A stretch of DNA of 64,000 nt from Octopus sinensis. Lineage: Eukaryota. Shown here one piece after another: positions 49,276-62,060 of this stretch. Numbering within the stretch: position 1 is the stretch's first letter; every line of letters starts with the position of its first letter. Position numbers and translations under genes: made by a program. The DNA lies in NCBI RefSeq assembly GCF_006345805.1, contig NC_043003.1:17112001-17176000 (forward strand), written 5' to 3'. The notes beneath the pieces are model-generated. The model made no database searches, had not been told where the DNA came from, and saw only the letters and a program-made list of their open reading frames with translations.

Positions 49276-49985
49276 ATGTATGTATGCATGTATGTATGTA
49301 TGTATGTATGTATGTGTATTTGTGTATATATACATGTATGTGCACACCTCTCCCTGTATGTATGTAAGGGAGTGCTTACATATAATCTAACATATTTATA
49401 GTCTTACATAAATGTATAAATTATAGATAAGTACTTGTGTACGACTTACTTATGCTTTTATTCTTATTCATATAAATAAGAAATTGAATGTTTTTCTTTT
49501 TAGTTACAAATTTAATTTGCGGTAGGTTTTGAATTCAAAGGGAAATCCTGCTAATTTGATAATTATCTAATTAATTCGTTTACTACGTTATATTGCGTGA
49601 AATGTCAGACTGACTTTGCTTTAAATATTAATTTCTATTAAAAATGGTTGCATCTAGAGTCATTATAATTAGATCAAAGACGGAAGAGTTGAAAGTGGTG
49701 TGTATTTAAAGCAGTTCTCATACACATGCGCACGCGCACACATACATATGTTCATTTGTATCGGTTATCGTTAACGTCTTTCAGTCATTGTTCTGCGGCC
49801 ATGTTGTGGCACCGCCTGGAAGTGATAAGTCGAACACATCGCCCCCGATTCTTATTTTGAAACCAGGTACATATTCTGTCTTCTCTTTTGCCAACTGAAA
49901 ATATACAAGAACATAACATCCATAGTCAAGCGTGTGTGGGAGTCAAACAGAAACACAGACACATACATATGTGTTTGTGTCTGTG

Positions 49986-50033
<48 letters not shown>

Positions 50034-50191
50034 AATACAGGATTCATTAGAATCTAGTCACAGCAACACGTAGGATGTCAAGAGTGGCTGGGTACTATAA
50101 CATTGGCTTCATAGTAAAGTAAAATGATAATTAAGTATCATTTGTTAGTAGTGAAACAGCTGTAGAAAATAAAAATCACCTTCATGTTGTT

Positions 50192-50239
<48 letters not shown>

Positions 50240-50732
50240 AATAATATATATATATATGCATATATACATACATATATGTACATACCTACATATATATGTA
50301 TATATACATGCATATATGGGTACAGGACATAAAAGAAACGTAGAGCACAATAAGAAACGAAAACATAAAAACAAAAACATAGAAACGAAATGTTTTTGGA
50401 ACAACGAAAAAACAGAGAAACGAGACATGCAACATAAATAATATTCCCCTTCATCAGTTGTCCCTGTTTCATCTACTCCGCGTTTTCGAAGTCAAGGACA
50501 ATACGCGACTTCCTTGAAACAGTCCTTCCCGCAAAGCAAATTAAATAAAATTTGGGATTTTTGCGGACGGTGAAAGTGGTAACAAGAACAGGGCAATGAG
50601 AACAAAACAGTAAAAACAAAGGGTGAGGGCTGTTAAGCCAAGACGATAGAAAAGTTATTATGAACGCTAGGAAGACGAGCTTATGAAAGGAGACAGTATA
50701 AGCACGTTTTGTCTTCAGGAAGATAGTGGGCA

Positions 50733-50783
<51 letters not shown>

Positions 50784-52054
50784 TCTATGTGTGTGTGTGT
50801 GTGTGTGTATGTATATGTAAATACGATGAGCTTCTCTAGCAAATGTCATTTCTTATAGCTTTCGGTCGATCCATACCATGCAAATCAAATCAGGATGATG
50901 GAAAATATTTGCATGCCTAGAGCGGCAAAAACTAGTTCTTGGGCAAGAACTAATTCATTTCACGTTACTCCAGGTTACTCAACTACAACGGATACCAGCC
51001 GAGTAACATCCACCTATCCCTCCAACTGTCACATCCTAGGTGTCTCGCTGGGTCACGAGTGAAAGTTTCGAGAAAGTTTTTACGTACGATTGTGAGTGAA
51101 TACAAATGTACGTAAAACATCTAGCGAAAGCATGGCGCATATTACCAAGTGATACTCGCTCACGAGTGACGTCTGACTGTACTCGTTCACATCATCATTA
51201 GCAGTATTTTCAATAGATCAATTTACTTTTGCTACATAAAATCTGCTTATAAGACAAACATCTTTCTCATGCAAGTAGTTTAAAAGTCATAAATTCCAAG
51301 CGACCACTTAGGTTAAACCCATTTGTTTGATAAGCAAATCATCTAATTTATATACTAAATATGCTTAATGTAATTTTCTGCCAGACAAAATATTAAATGA
51401 GTCTTATTAATGCATAAACCAGTGGGAGCATAATATGCAATTCTACATGTATTCAGCAATTAATAATAACAGTTTGGTATAATTGTATTTAATAAGAATT
51501 TCTCTTACGTTTGCTTGATTATATTATGGTTATATTTTTGGTATCACAAAGCTAATTAATTCGATACTCATGATACATCAATTTGAACGTAGCATATCAC
51601 ATATCAACTGTCTTCTGTTCCTGACAAAAATATAAATAGTATTTCTTGTAGGTTATTTTCGTATGCGTGTGAGTAAGTACTTCGTGATGAGCTGTTAGGT
51701 GTAAGTCCAAAATAAGAAAAACGACTGAGTATAAAATTGCTGCTGATGTAGACCTAGCATAGATATGTAAGGAAGGAAGGAAATGGAAATTTCTTCTGAG
51801 GTATGATTGAGGATGTTAGAGACAGCAGCAGTAAATAAGCCAGTCTGATGTATTACTTCTAAGCAACAAACAGTCAAGGTGTAATGAGATGCTGAAACAA
51901 AGAGAAATAGCAGATACTAACAATAAGGGAAATAGGAGCAACATGCATTTTGTCTAGAGTTTAAAAGCTCTCGCCAAGATTATTTTCCCTCTTGCTGTTT
52001 TCTGCTTCTCAACAATCTCTGTTCCACTCTCTGTTGTTCTTATACTTTTAGTTC

Positions 52055-52656
52055 TATTTCTTTACTACCCACAAGGGGCTAAACACAGAGAGAACAAACA
52101 AGGACAGACAAACGGATTAAGTCGATTATATCGAACCTAGTGCGTAACTGGTACTTATTTAATCGACCCCGAAAGGATGAAAGGCAAAGTCGACCTCGAC
52201 GGAATTTGAACTCAGAACGTAACGTCAGATGAAATACCTATTTCTTTCCTGCCCACAAGGGGCTAAACACAGAGAGGACAAACAAGGACAGACAAACGGA
52301 TTAAGTCGATTATATCGAAACCAGTGCGTAACTGGTACTTATTTAATCGACCCCGAAAGGATGAAAGGCAAAGTCGACCTCGGCGGAATTTGAACTCAGA
52401 ACGTAACGTCAGATGAAATACCTTTTTCTTTACTGCCCACAAGGGGCTAAACACAAAGAGGACAAACAAGGACAGACAAACGGATTAAGTCGATTATATC
52501 GAACCCAGTGCGTAACTGGTACTTATTTAATCGACCCTGAAAAGTTGAAAGGCAAAGTCGACCTTGGCGAAATTTGAACTCAGAACGTAACGGCAGACGA
52601 AATACGGCAACGCATTTCGCCCGGCATGCTAACGTTTCTGCTAGCTCGCTGCCTTA
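52055..52656 (-). mobile_element. Trimeric SINE S2 array (one full head plus two 184-bp units)
   Basis: Units 52055-52238, 52239-52422 and 52423-52656. Confidence 0.9.
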
Positions 52657-53543
52657 TCCTTTTACTTTTAGTTCTAATCGTAGAAATATTGGTTCTTTTG
52701 CTATTTCTCTTTCAGAGGACGTAGAGTTAATTTCAGGTGCTTTTGTCTTCTTTGTAGTTATGACATGTGCATACTCTGTGACTCTGGAAAGATTGATGCT
52801 TAGCTTGAAATTTTGTTAGTCTATAACTGCGAGAAAAAAACATAGGTGGGATTGGAATTCCGTAGGTTTAACGTTCTGGGGAGGAAGGCAAAAACTGTTT
52901 TAGTAATTAGTGTTGGACCCCCTTCTTAAGAAAAGAAAATGATCGTCAGCAGTTTAGCAGGCGCATGAGCTAGATGTTTATATAATGTGAGGAGATATTT
53001 TTCGCGGTTCTAAGCATTCTATACATCTATTTTATCACTGAGTCACTCAACACTGATCCAGGATAACACGGTACACTTAACTGTTACGTGTTACGCTTAT
53101 CAAAAATTGATCTGTAATAAAACGGGTCGACAATCAGTCAAAGATTCTGCTTGGATTGCAAAAGCGCGCCCCAGCGACCATCCACAGTCTCAGGACAACT
53201 TGGGGTCTCGAAACGTAAATTATTTCCCCCCATATCTTCTATTATTCATTTATCCCTGATTCATTTACCGCGGTGATTTTGGAACCAAGCACTCGTGATA
53301 AACGAGGATAAATATAGGTCTTGCTGTGTTGGATAAATGCTGACTAGTTAATTAAGGGTAGGAAGTTATCTCCAGGTGTTGTGGGATTCCTTTTAAGCCT
53401 GAACTACTGTGCTGCAACACCGCTAAGCCTGAACACTTGGGCTTTTCCCACTGTTTCTCCCACCTGGAAACGTTTATGGACAAAGTCCATGACCTATTTC
53501 ACTAAATAACAATACCTAGTATAAAGAATAATACATCATAAAA

Positions 53544-53965
53544 TACTTGGTCCAATGTGCCTCGCAAACACTTGGTCTAACGTGCCTCACAAGCACTTGG
53601 TCCAATGTGCCTCGCAAAATCTTGGTCCAATGTGCCTCGCAAAAACTTGGTGTAAGGTGCCTCGCAAACACTTGGTCCAATGTGTTTCGCAAACACTTGG
53701 TCCAAGGTTTCTCGCAAACACTAGGTCCAATGTGCCTCGCAAACACATGGTCCAAGGTTCCTCGCAAACACTTGGTCCAATGTACCTCACAAAATCTTAG
53801 TCCAAGGTGCCTCGCAAACACTTGGTCCAATGTGCCTCGCAAACACTTGGTCTAAGGTACTTCGCAAACACTTGGTCCAAAGTGCCTCTCAAACACTTAG
53901 TCCAATGTGCCTCGCAAACACTTGGTCCAATGTGCCTCGCAAACACTTGCTCAAAGTGCCGCGCA
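53544..53965 (+). repeat. 25-bp minisatellite, 16 full units plus one SINE-like unit
   Basis: Consensus CACTTGGTCCAATGTGCCTCGCAAA; unit starts at 53544, 53569 and so on to 53944, with no net indel. Confidence 0.95.
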
Positions 53966-54304
53966 GTTAGACAGGACTAAACCTGACGCCACGACATTGG
54001 AAAGCGAACGTCTTAAACCTCTTAACTATGGCCCTTCCAATCATGTTTCGTTCCTTTGGACTTCTTTTAATTGTTGTAATTGTTGGTGTCTCTAATATTC
54101 TTCCGTACCTGATAAATGTTTTACTACCTTAAAGCCTTCTCCGCTTACCGAGAGCCTTCTCTACTTCCCCGCCGCCCCGACCACGGTTTCTTTCTTCTCG
54201 TTTTTCTTCCTTTCCATTCTTCGGTGTTCGGTAAAAATCGACTATGCTTCATTCCTACCAAAATTGGCCTCGTGCCGAAGAGGAAAAAAAAAAGAAATTA
54301 AACA

Positions 54305-54317
54305 TTATCATGATCAC

Positions 54318-54349
<32 letters not shown>

Positions 54350-54425
54350 CTACCACCACCACCACCACCACCATCATCATCACCACCATCATCATCATCA
54401 TCGTCGTCGTCGTTGCCGTCGTCGT
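54305..54425. repeat. (CAT)n/(CAC)n/(CGT)n trinucleotide microsatellite
   Basis: Direct reading. Confidence 0.9.
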
Positions 54426-54654
54426 TATTTAATAATAATTAATATCCTTGTTGTCACTATTATTTCTTATAACTGTTTTACACTCTCCTTCGTTTCTCTC
54501 TCTTTCCCACGTCACCTTCTCTCTCACCCCCTACTCCCCTCTGTCGTTTTCTCTCTTTTCCTTGGTTTTCTATGCTGCCTGTTACAAACTTTTCTTGTAT
54601 GTATCTTCTTGTAATGTGTATATATATATATATACTCTTTCTCTCTCTCTCTCT

Positions 54655-55050
54655 TTACTCTTTTACTTGTTTCAGTCATTTGACTGCGGCCATGCTGGAG
54701 CACCGCCTTTTAGTCGAGCAAATCGATCCCAGGATTTATTCTTTGTAAGCCTAGTTTCTTATTTTATCGGTCTCTTTTGCCGAACCGCTAAGTTACAGGG
54801 ACGTAAACACAACAGCATCGGCTGTGAAGCGATGTTGGAGGGATAAACAAAGACACACAAACTCACACACACATATATACATATATACGACAGGCTTCTT
54901 TCCGTTTCCGTCTACCAAATCCACTCACAAAGCTTTGGTCGGCCCGAGACTATAGTAGAAGACACTTGCCCAAGGTGCCACTCAGTGGGACTGAACCCGG
55001 AACCATGTGGTTGGTAAGCAAGCTACTTACCACACAGCCACTCCTGCGCC
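54655..55050 (-). mobile_element. SINE S1, full length
   Basis: Matches the S1 consensus. Confidence 0.85.
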
Positions 55051-55153
55051 TATATACACATATATTTGTATGTATATATATATGCTTACATATATGATGT
55101 ATATGTATATCAATCTATCTATCTACACACACACATAGATACATATATATAGT

Positions 55154-55522
55154 ACTAGCAGTATCGCCCGGCGTTGCTCAGGTTTGTAAGGGAAATAACT
55201 ATAAAGCATTTTTAGAGAGTTATAGCCAAAAAACAGCAAAAAAATGGAAAAAAATGATGGTAAATTTTTTTTGGAGATTTAAAAAAGGTGGAGTTGCGTC
55301 CCCTAGACAGTTTGTGGTTCGTGTTTCTGATTCTCGACCCCATGTCGAATTTATCGATTTTTTTCAGAACTGGGGGAACTTTTCGAAATTTTCGCTGCGT
55401 TAGTTTTGAATTATGACATTGGGCTATGTGTGTGTCAAGTTTCATCAGAATCGGTTGAAAGCCGTGGTCAGGGTGAGGGTACAACCAAACAGACACACAG
55501 AAACACGCACAGACAAACTGCC

Positions 55523-55540
<18 letters not shown>
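55154..55540 (+). mobile_element. Helentron-associated non-autonomous element, second subfamily
   Basis: 5' ACTAGCAGTATCGCCCGGCGTTGCTCAGG; 3' CAGACAAACTGCCGTTTATATATA. Confidence 0.65.
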
Positions 55541-55565
<25 letters not shown>

Positions 55566-55570
<5 letters not shown>

Positions 55571-56371
55571 GAGGGGATGATGAAAAGTTCTTGGCTTTAG
55601 GTAAAAGAAAATGTAGAAGGATTCTCTCTCTATCCGCTCAGTCGAAGTCGACTCTCGGTCACTCGTGGGATCAGTGTCTTCCAGTCAGTTCTATCCTGGG
55701 CCGCTTCCTTCAGATTGACCATGTCCATTCCGGTATCACTCCTGATGGTGTCAAGCCAGTGGGTTCTTGGTCGGGCTCTTCCTCTTTTGCCACTGACCAT
55801 TCCGAACATGATGTCCTTCTCCGGGGATTTTCTCCGCATAATATGACCGAATTATGCCAATCTACGCTTGGTGATCCCAGCTTCTAGCGACATTTTCGGC
55901 CTTATCTTCTTAAGAACTTCTCCATTGGTGAGCCTCGATGTCCATGGAATCCGCAAAAGTCTTCTCCAACACCAAAGCTCGAATGCATTGATTTTCTTCT
56001 GGTCAGCTTTCTTTAGTGTCCAGGTCTCGCATCTATATATTGCTATTGGGAAGACAATTGCATTCACCAATCTGCATTTGGTAGCGAGTCTGCTGTCTCT
56101 ACTCTTCCAGACCCTGCTCATGCTGACCATTGCCTCTCTGCCATCTTATTTCTGGAGTGCAGTCATCATTTCGATTTTTTTTGGAGCCAAGGAAGATGAA
56201 GGATTAGTTACTTATAATTTTATGCAACATATTTCACTCTCAGATTCACGCACTTATTGCAGTGGTCCTTTTGTTTTACTAAGCCCCGTAAAAGAACTCA
56301 GAAAGTTGGGCCTCCAACCGGGCCTTTTGTGATACCCTTAATGCTAAGAACGTTTTAGGACCCCTTCGTAT
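55566..56371. mobile_element. Mariner-type MITE interrupted by an RTE insertion
   Basis: Left end ACGAGGGGATGATGAAAAGTTCTTGGCTTT; degenerate inverted right end AATGCTAAGAACGTTTTAGGACCCCTTCGTA. Confidence 0.5.
55624..56197 (-). mobile_element. BovB-like RTE LINE 3' end with 8-bp TSD
   Basis: FIFLGSK..AMVSMSRVWKSRDSRLATKCRLVNAIVFPIAIYRCETWTLKKADQKKINAFELWCWRRLLRIPWT..*FGHIMRR..GKRGRARPRTHWLD..RVTESRLRLSG*. TSD GAAGGATT at 55616-55623 and 56198-56205. Confidence 0.9.
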
Positions 56372-56468
56372 ATACATAAATAAATTTGTTGGTTTGTTTA
56401 CGTCCCCGTAAGCTAACAGGTCTGCAAACAGCACCGACAAAGTAAGTACAATCTTATACAAACTATGT

Positions 56469-56611
56469 TCTGAGTTCAAATTTCGCCGAGGTCGACTTTG
56501 CCTTTCATTCTTTCGGGGTCGATAAATTAAGTACCAGTTGCATACTGGGGTCGATCTAATCGACTGGCTCCCTCCCCCAAAATTTCAGGCCTTGTGCATA
56601 GAATAGGAAAG
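56469..56611 (+). mobile_element. 5'-truncated SINE S2 with 19-bp TSD, nested in an S1 3' half
   Basis: TSD AATCTTATACAAACTATGT at 56450-56468 and 56612-56630. Confidence 0.9.
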
Positions 56612-57184
56612 AATCTTATACAAACTATGTGCTAAGGTTAATTTGTTGGAGCACATCCTTCAAGGCGTTGTCGCAGCGTAGCCGCAGTCTAATAACTGAA
56701 ACAGGCTAAATTGATACTCTGTGTGTGTGTTGTGTGTGTGTGTGTACAGAAAGGTAGAAAGAGGAGGGTCAGCTACACAGGCGTACAATCAATCAACCAT
56801 CGTTTCTCTGTTCGTCCAAAGCTTTCCAACGACTCACCGCTTTTCTATTTCTTACTTCATATCAGCAGATTATTTTTTGTTCTATTTTATTGTTTTAATT
56901 TTTGATATACTTTTTTTTTTATTATTTCTTCTCTGTTTGTAATGCATTAACCATCTCCAAAACAGTTTCGCCACTTCTTGATGCAGATATGAATATAAAA
57001 ACGTCTGACAATGAGCTGTCAGAAAAATATTATATATAGCCAAAATATATGTTCCATTATATTCTTTCCTATCTATGTCTGCGAGAATAGGAAAGTGTAC
57101 AACAGAGTAAGCAATTGTCTAGATAATTGGGTATTCATGCATATGAACGGAAATGTTAATGAAGTTATATATGTATTTGTGTGC

Positions 57185-57223
57185 GTATGTATGTATGTAT
57201 GTATGTATGTATGTATGTATGTG

Positions 57224-57276
<53 letters not shown>

Positions 57277-57344
57277 GTCTATCTATCTATCTATCTATCT
57301 GTCTATCTGTCAATCTATCTATCTATCTATCTGTCTATCTGTCA

Positions 57345-57391
<47 letters not shown>

Positions 57392-57403
57392 AATCTATCT
57401 ATG
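57185..57403. repeat. (ATGT)n/(ATCT)n compound microsatellite
   Basis: Direct reading. Confidence 0.95.
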
Positions 57404-58225
57404 TAATCTCTGTAAATATACATACATATATAGGGTGGTCCAAAAGTAGGTTTACAGTTATTCAACTATCGCTTTTGCATTCATAAGATCTAACAGTTTA
57501 GATCTTAGTTATAAAAAAATATGAATCCATTATTCTATGCTAATTTAGTTAATTGTAAGATAGAAATTTAAACGTAATAAAACGCTTTAAAGGAAATTTA
57601 TTCTTTCAGCCATTTGACTACCGCCATGCTAGAACGCCGTATGTATGTATGTATGTATGTATGTATGTATGTATGTATGTATGTATGTATGTATGTATGT
57701 ATGTATGTATGTACGTACGTACGTACGTATGTATGTATGTATGTATTTGGATTGTGTACGTGAATGCACATCTTTATATGTATCTACATATTTTATGTGA
57801 AGACTATAATATATCTGTGTGTGTGTTTGCGTGTGAGTGTGTGTGTGTGTGGTGTGTGTGTGTGTGCGTGTGTGTGTGTGTGTATTTTCCCTTTGGCATG
57901 TTTCAGTTACTGGACTGCGGCCATGCTAGGACAGCATCTTTGAGAAGTTAAGACGCACAGATTGACACCAGTAGATTTTAAAAAATTCCAGTACAAATTC
58001 TACCATCCGCTTCGTACCGAACCGCTAAGTTACGGGGAGATAAGTAAATCCGACACTTTCCGTCTACCAAATTCACTTATGAAGCTTTGTTCGGCCCGAG
58101 ACCATAGTAAAATACACTTGCCCTAAGTGCCTTGCAATAGGATTGAACCTGGAGCAATGTAGATAGGAGGCAAACTTCTTACCTCACAGCCACAACTAAA
58201 AATTACACACACACACTTACATACA

Positions 58226-58292
<67 letters not shown>

Positions 58293-58298
<6 letters not shown>

Positions 58299-59020
58299 TA
58301 TGTATGTATGTATGTATTATGTATGTATGTATCTGTTATAAGTATATTTGTGAGTCTAAGTATTTGCTTGAATAATTTTCAATTATTCTGGGATCGGCAA
58401 GTTTTAGACCTGCAAAACTTCATTCGTATTATCTTAGTTCTTGCTGTCGAGAACAATAGATTTATGCGCCGGGGTCGACTTTGCATTTCATCCTTTCGGG
58501 GTCGGTAAATTAAGTATCAGTTGCGTACTGGGGTCGATATAATCGACTGGCCCTCCTCCCCTAAATTTCCGGGCCCTGTGCCTAGAGTAGAAGAGAGCAA
58601 GTATTAGATTTATAAATGAAGGTCAGGGTGGCTCTGGTCAGTTTTTTTTTTTCGGACTTTCGATGACCGTATGTCAAGAAGTATCCTATTATAAATAGGC
58701 AACGTGTATTGTTTATACTGAATGATAGAGCATAATGGAGAAACTTGGAGTAATGCCGTGGCAAATATTCAGCTTCGAAGAGTCCAACTATGTAAATGAA
58801 TGACCTCGTTACTTTATTGAATTACTATGTCTATGTATGTATGTATGTATGTATGTATGTATGTATGCAGATTTATATGCAAGCAGGAGTGGCTGTAATA
58901 GGTGCAGGAGTGGCTGTGTGGTAGGTAGCTTGCTTAACAACCACTTTGTTCCGGCTTCAGTCCCACTGTATGGCACCTTGTGGGTGGATTTAGTAGACGG
59001 AAACTGAGAGAAGTCCGTCG

Positions 59021-59080
<60 letters not shown>

Positions 59081-59790
59081 TATGTATGTATGTATGTATG
59101 TATCTGTTATAAGTATATTTGTGAGTCTAAGTATTTGCTTGAATAATTTTCAAATTATTCTGGGATCGGCAAGTTTTAGACCTGCAAAACTTCATTCGTA
59201 TTATCTTAGTTCTTGCTGTCGAGAACAATAGATTTATGCGCCGGGGTCGACTTTGCATTTCATCCTTTCGGGGTCGGTAAATTAAGTATCAGTTGCGTAC
59301 TGGGGTCGATATAATCGACTGGCCCTCCTCCCCTAAATTTCCGGGCCCTGTGCCTAGAGTAGAAGAGAGCAAGTATTAGATTTATAAATGAAGGTCAGGG
59401 TGGCTCTGGTCAGTTTTTTTTTCGGACTTTCGATGACCGTATGTCAAGAAGTATCCTATTATAAATAGGCAACGTGTATTGTTTATACTGAATGATAGAG
59501 CATAATGGAGAAACTTGGAGTAATGCCGTGGCAAATATTCAGCTTCGAAGGAGTCCAACTATGTAAATGAATGACCTCGTTACTTTATTGAATTACTATG
59601 TCTATGTATGTATGTATGTATGTATGTATGTATGTATGCAGATTTATATGCAAGCAGGAGTGGCTGTAATAGGTGCAGGAGTGGCTGTGTGGTAGGTAGC
59701 TTGCTTAACAACCACTTTGTTCCGGCTTCAGTCCCACTGTATGGCACCTTGTGGGTGGATTTAGTAGACGGAAACTGAGAGAAGTCCGTC

Positions 59791-59834
<44 letters not shown>
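58293..59834 (+). repeat. Tandem duplication, period 771 bp
   Basis: Anchors CTGTTATAAG at 58333 and 59104, AAGTCCGTCG ending at 59020 and 59791; the differences seen are homopolymer-length indels. Confidence 0.95.
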
Positions 59835-59858
<24 letters not shown>

Positions 59859-60058
59859 GTTTATATGTATGTGTCCCCGCACCATCGCTTGACAACCGGT
59901 GTTGGTGTGTTTACGTTCTAGTAACTTAGCGGTTCGGCAAAAGAGGCCGATAGAATAAGTACTAGGTTTCTAAAGAACAAGTGCTGGGATCGATTTGTTC
60001 GACTAAAGGTACTGCTCCATCATGGCCGCAGTCAAATGACTGAAACAGCTAAAAGAAT
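59654..60058 (+). mobile_element. SINE S1 with internal deletion and duplicated head start
   Basis: GCAGGAGTGGCTGT occurs twice (59654 and 59675); S1 3' half continues to 60058. Confidence 0.8.
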
Positions 60059-60158
60059 AATAGCATATATATATATATATGTATGTACTTATGTATGTAT
60101 GTATATACATGCATATTTATATCTGCATATATATACACACATGTATATAAATGTATAT

Positions 60159-60192
<34 letters not shown>

Positions 60193-60780
60193 TACGTATG
60201 TATGTATGTGTACGTATAGATAAGTATATATAAATCCATAAATATTTATATACGTGTGTATGCGTGCGTATAATAAATTTTGTGTTACATATTTCCACTC
60301 TGCTTCTGAGTTCAAATTTCACTGCGGACGGCTTAAAAAAAATTCCAATCCAGGACTTCGAATGTTCAGAACTGTAAGAATGCCGGACTGGGTGCCCTGT
60401 AATATTTCTTCCGGGTCTTTAAATTCTGATTAGAATTCCCATATTGGCCTTTTTCATAGTCGACTAAGTACATAATTCGATAAAACATTCTCACCTGGTA
60501 CTTTGGGTTCCTTTGGGGGTGTCCGTTCAGTTGCAAGCATTTGAACGCGGCACCGATTTAGGATACCCTCCTTCTTCGCTTCCACCAGACTCTGACTCCC
60601 TGTAAACCTTTAATGAGTTACAGGCACTGCTTTACTTCTTGACTTAAATAATGAAAAAAATATGCATATATATGTTTGCATGCAGCGCACATATATGTAG
60701 ATGCGCGCTTGTCCGTGTGCGCGTATCTGTATGAACACGATGTGTGAATGTAAATATAGAAATAGAGAATGAACATGTAG

Positions 60781-60842
<62 letters not shown>

Positions 60843-60969
60843 GTAAATGTAATATGTAACAATTATTCGGTAGCCATGATAATTGTCACATATTACATTT
60901 ACAGATAAATTCCTCTATTTACATAATATCGAGGTCTCTTTCTTTCTTTTGTTGTCTTACCTTTTTTAT

Positions 60970-61014
<45 letters not shown>

Positions 61015-61020
61015 CATACA

Positions 61021-61056
<36 letters not shown>

Positions 61057-61328
61057 TATATATATGTATGTATGTATGTATATATACACACGCACACACA
61101 CACACACAAACGAATCATGCGCGCGCTCTGATGTTTACCTTCTATAACTTTTTAGGTTACAATTTTACCGTTTCTGAAATCTTATAATAACTTTACAAGA
61201 ACGAAATTCACGTGAAAACTACACCGGCTTAGAGAAAAAGAAAAAAAAACGCCGCTCGTTAATGGTACTAATTTAACGATAATATACTATATGAAAATCA
61301 TTTCTATAACTCAAAATCCCTAAATTAT

Positions 61329-61365
<37 letters not shown>

Positions 61366-61938
61366 TATATATTACGATTAGTAATCTTAAAATAAAGGAA
61401 ATTAAAAGGAACTTATAAATGCGAGATAGCAGTGACGATATACTTTTGACAGTACGTCTGTGCTGATGTGTGCCTGTGTGTGTTTGTGTTAAGGTGTAAG
61501 AGAGGAACGGATGAAGAATACTTTAGACGTAAGGTACTTCCTAAATAGAGGTTCCATTTTCATGGTTTGTTTTCTTTTATCATTATTGATGTCTTCAGCG
61601 TAGATATTCTCTTCAGTGTGTTATCTTCAAATCCACCATTTTTATCATTTTAGTTTTTTTTTTTTATTATTATTATAGCATTTTTTTTTTTGGCATGTAG
61701 ATATATCACCTTTTCTTTTTGTGTATGTTTTTTTTTTCTCTGTGTTACTTTACCAAATAACGGTGATAACTAACTCTACCACGGTGCTTCTCTGTGCTGC
61801 AATAGAAATGTTCGTTCTCGTATCTTAACGAAGAAACAAAATCAGCACCTAAAGAAAAGTTAGCTGACTTTAATTTAAGTACAGCAGCAGCTGACTTACA
61901 GAGTTGAAGAGAAAGAGAGAGTGGGAAGGGAAAAGAAA

Positions 61939-61969
<31 letters not shown>

Positions 61970-62024
61970 GTGATAGAGGGGAAGAGAAACGAAGAAAGAT
62001 AGCGAAACAGAGAGAGGGGAAAAT

Positions 62025-62060
<36 letters not shown>

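Noticed and set aside
50440-50530. Hammerhead on the minus strand (gaagtc/gacttc helix followed by GAAA, with CTGATGA nearby)
   Set aside because: The CTGATGA box lies downstream of GAAA with no pairing partner or NUH site in any HHR permutation.
53544-53965. CRISPR-like array
   Set aside because: The 25-bp units are contiguous with no unique spacers, there are no cas genes, and the context is eukaryotic; it is a minisatellite.
54264-54614. Poly-His ORF, and likewise the poly-I, poly-L, YI, CV and YLSI ORFs throughout the track
   Set aside because: These are translations of (CAT)n, (AAT)n, (TA)n, (TG)n and (ATCT)n microsatellites with no codon or domain evidence.
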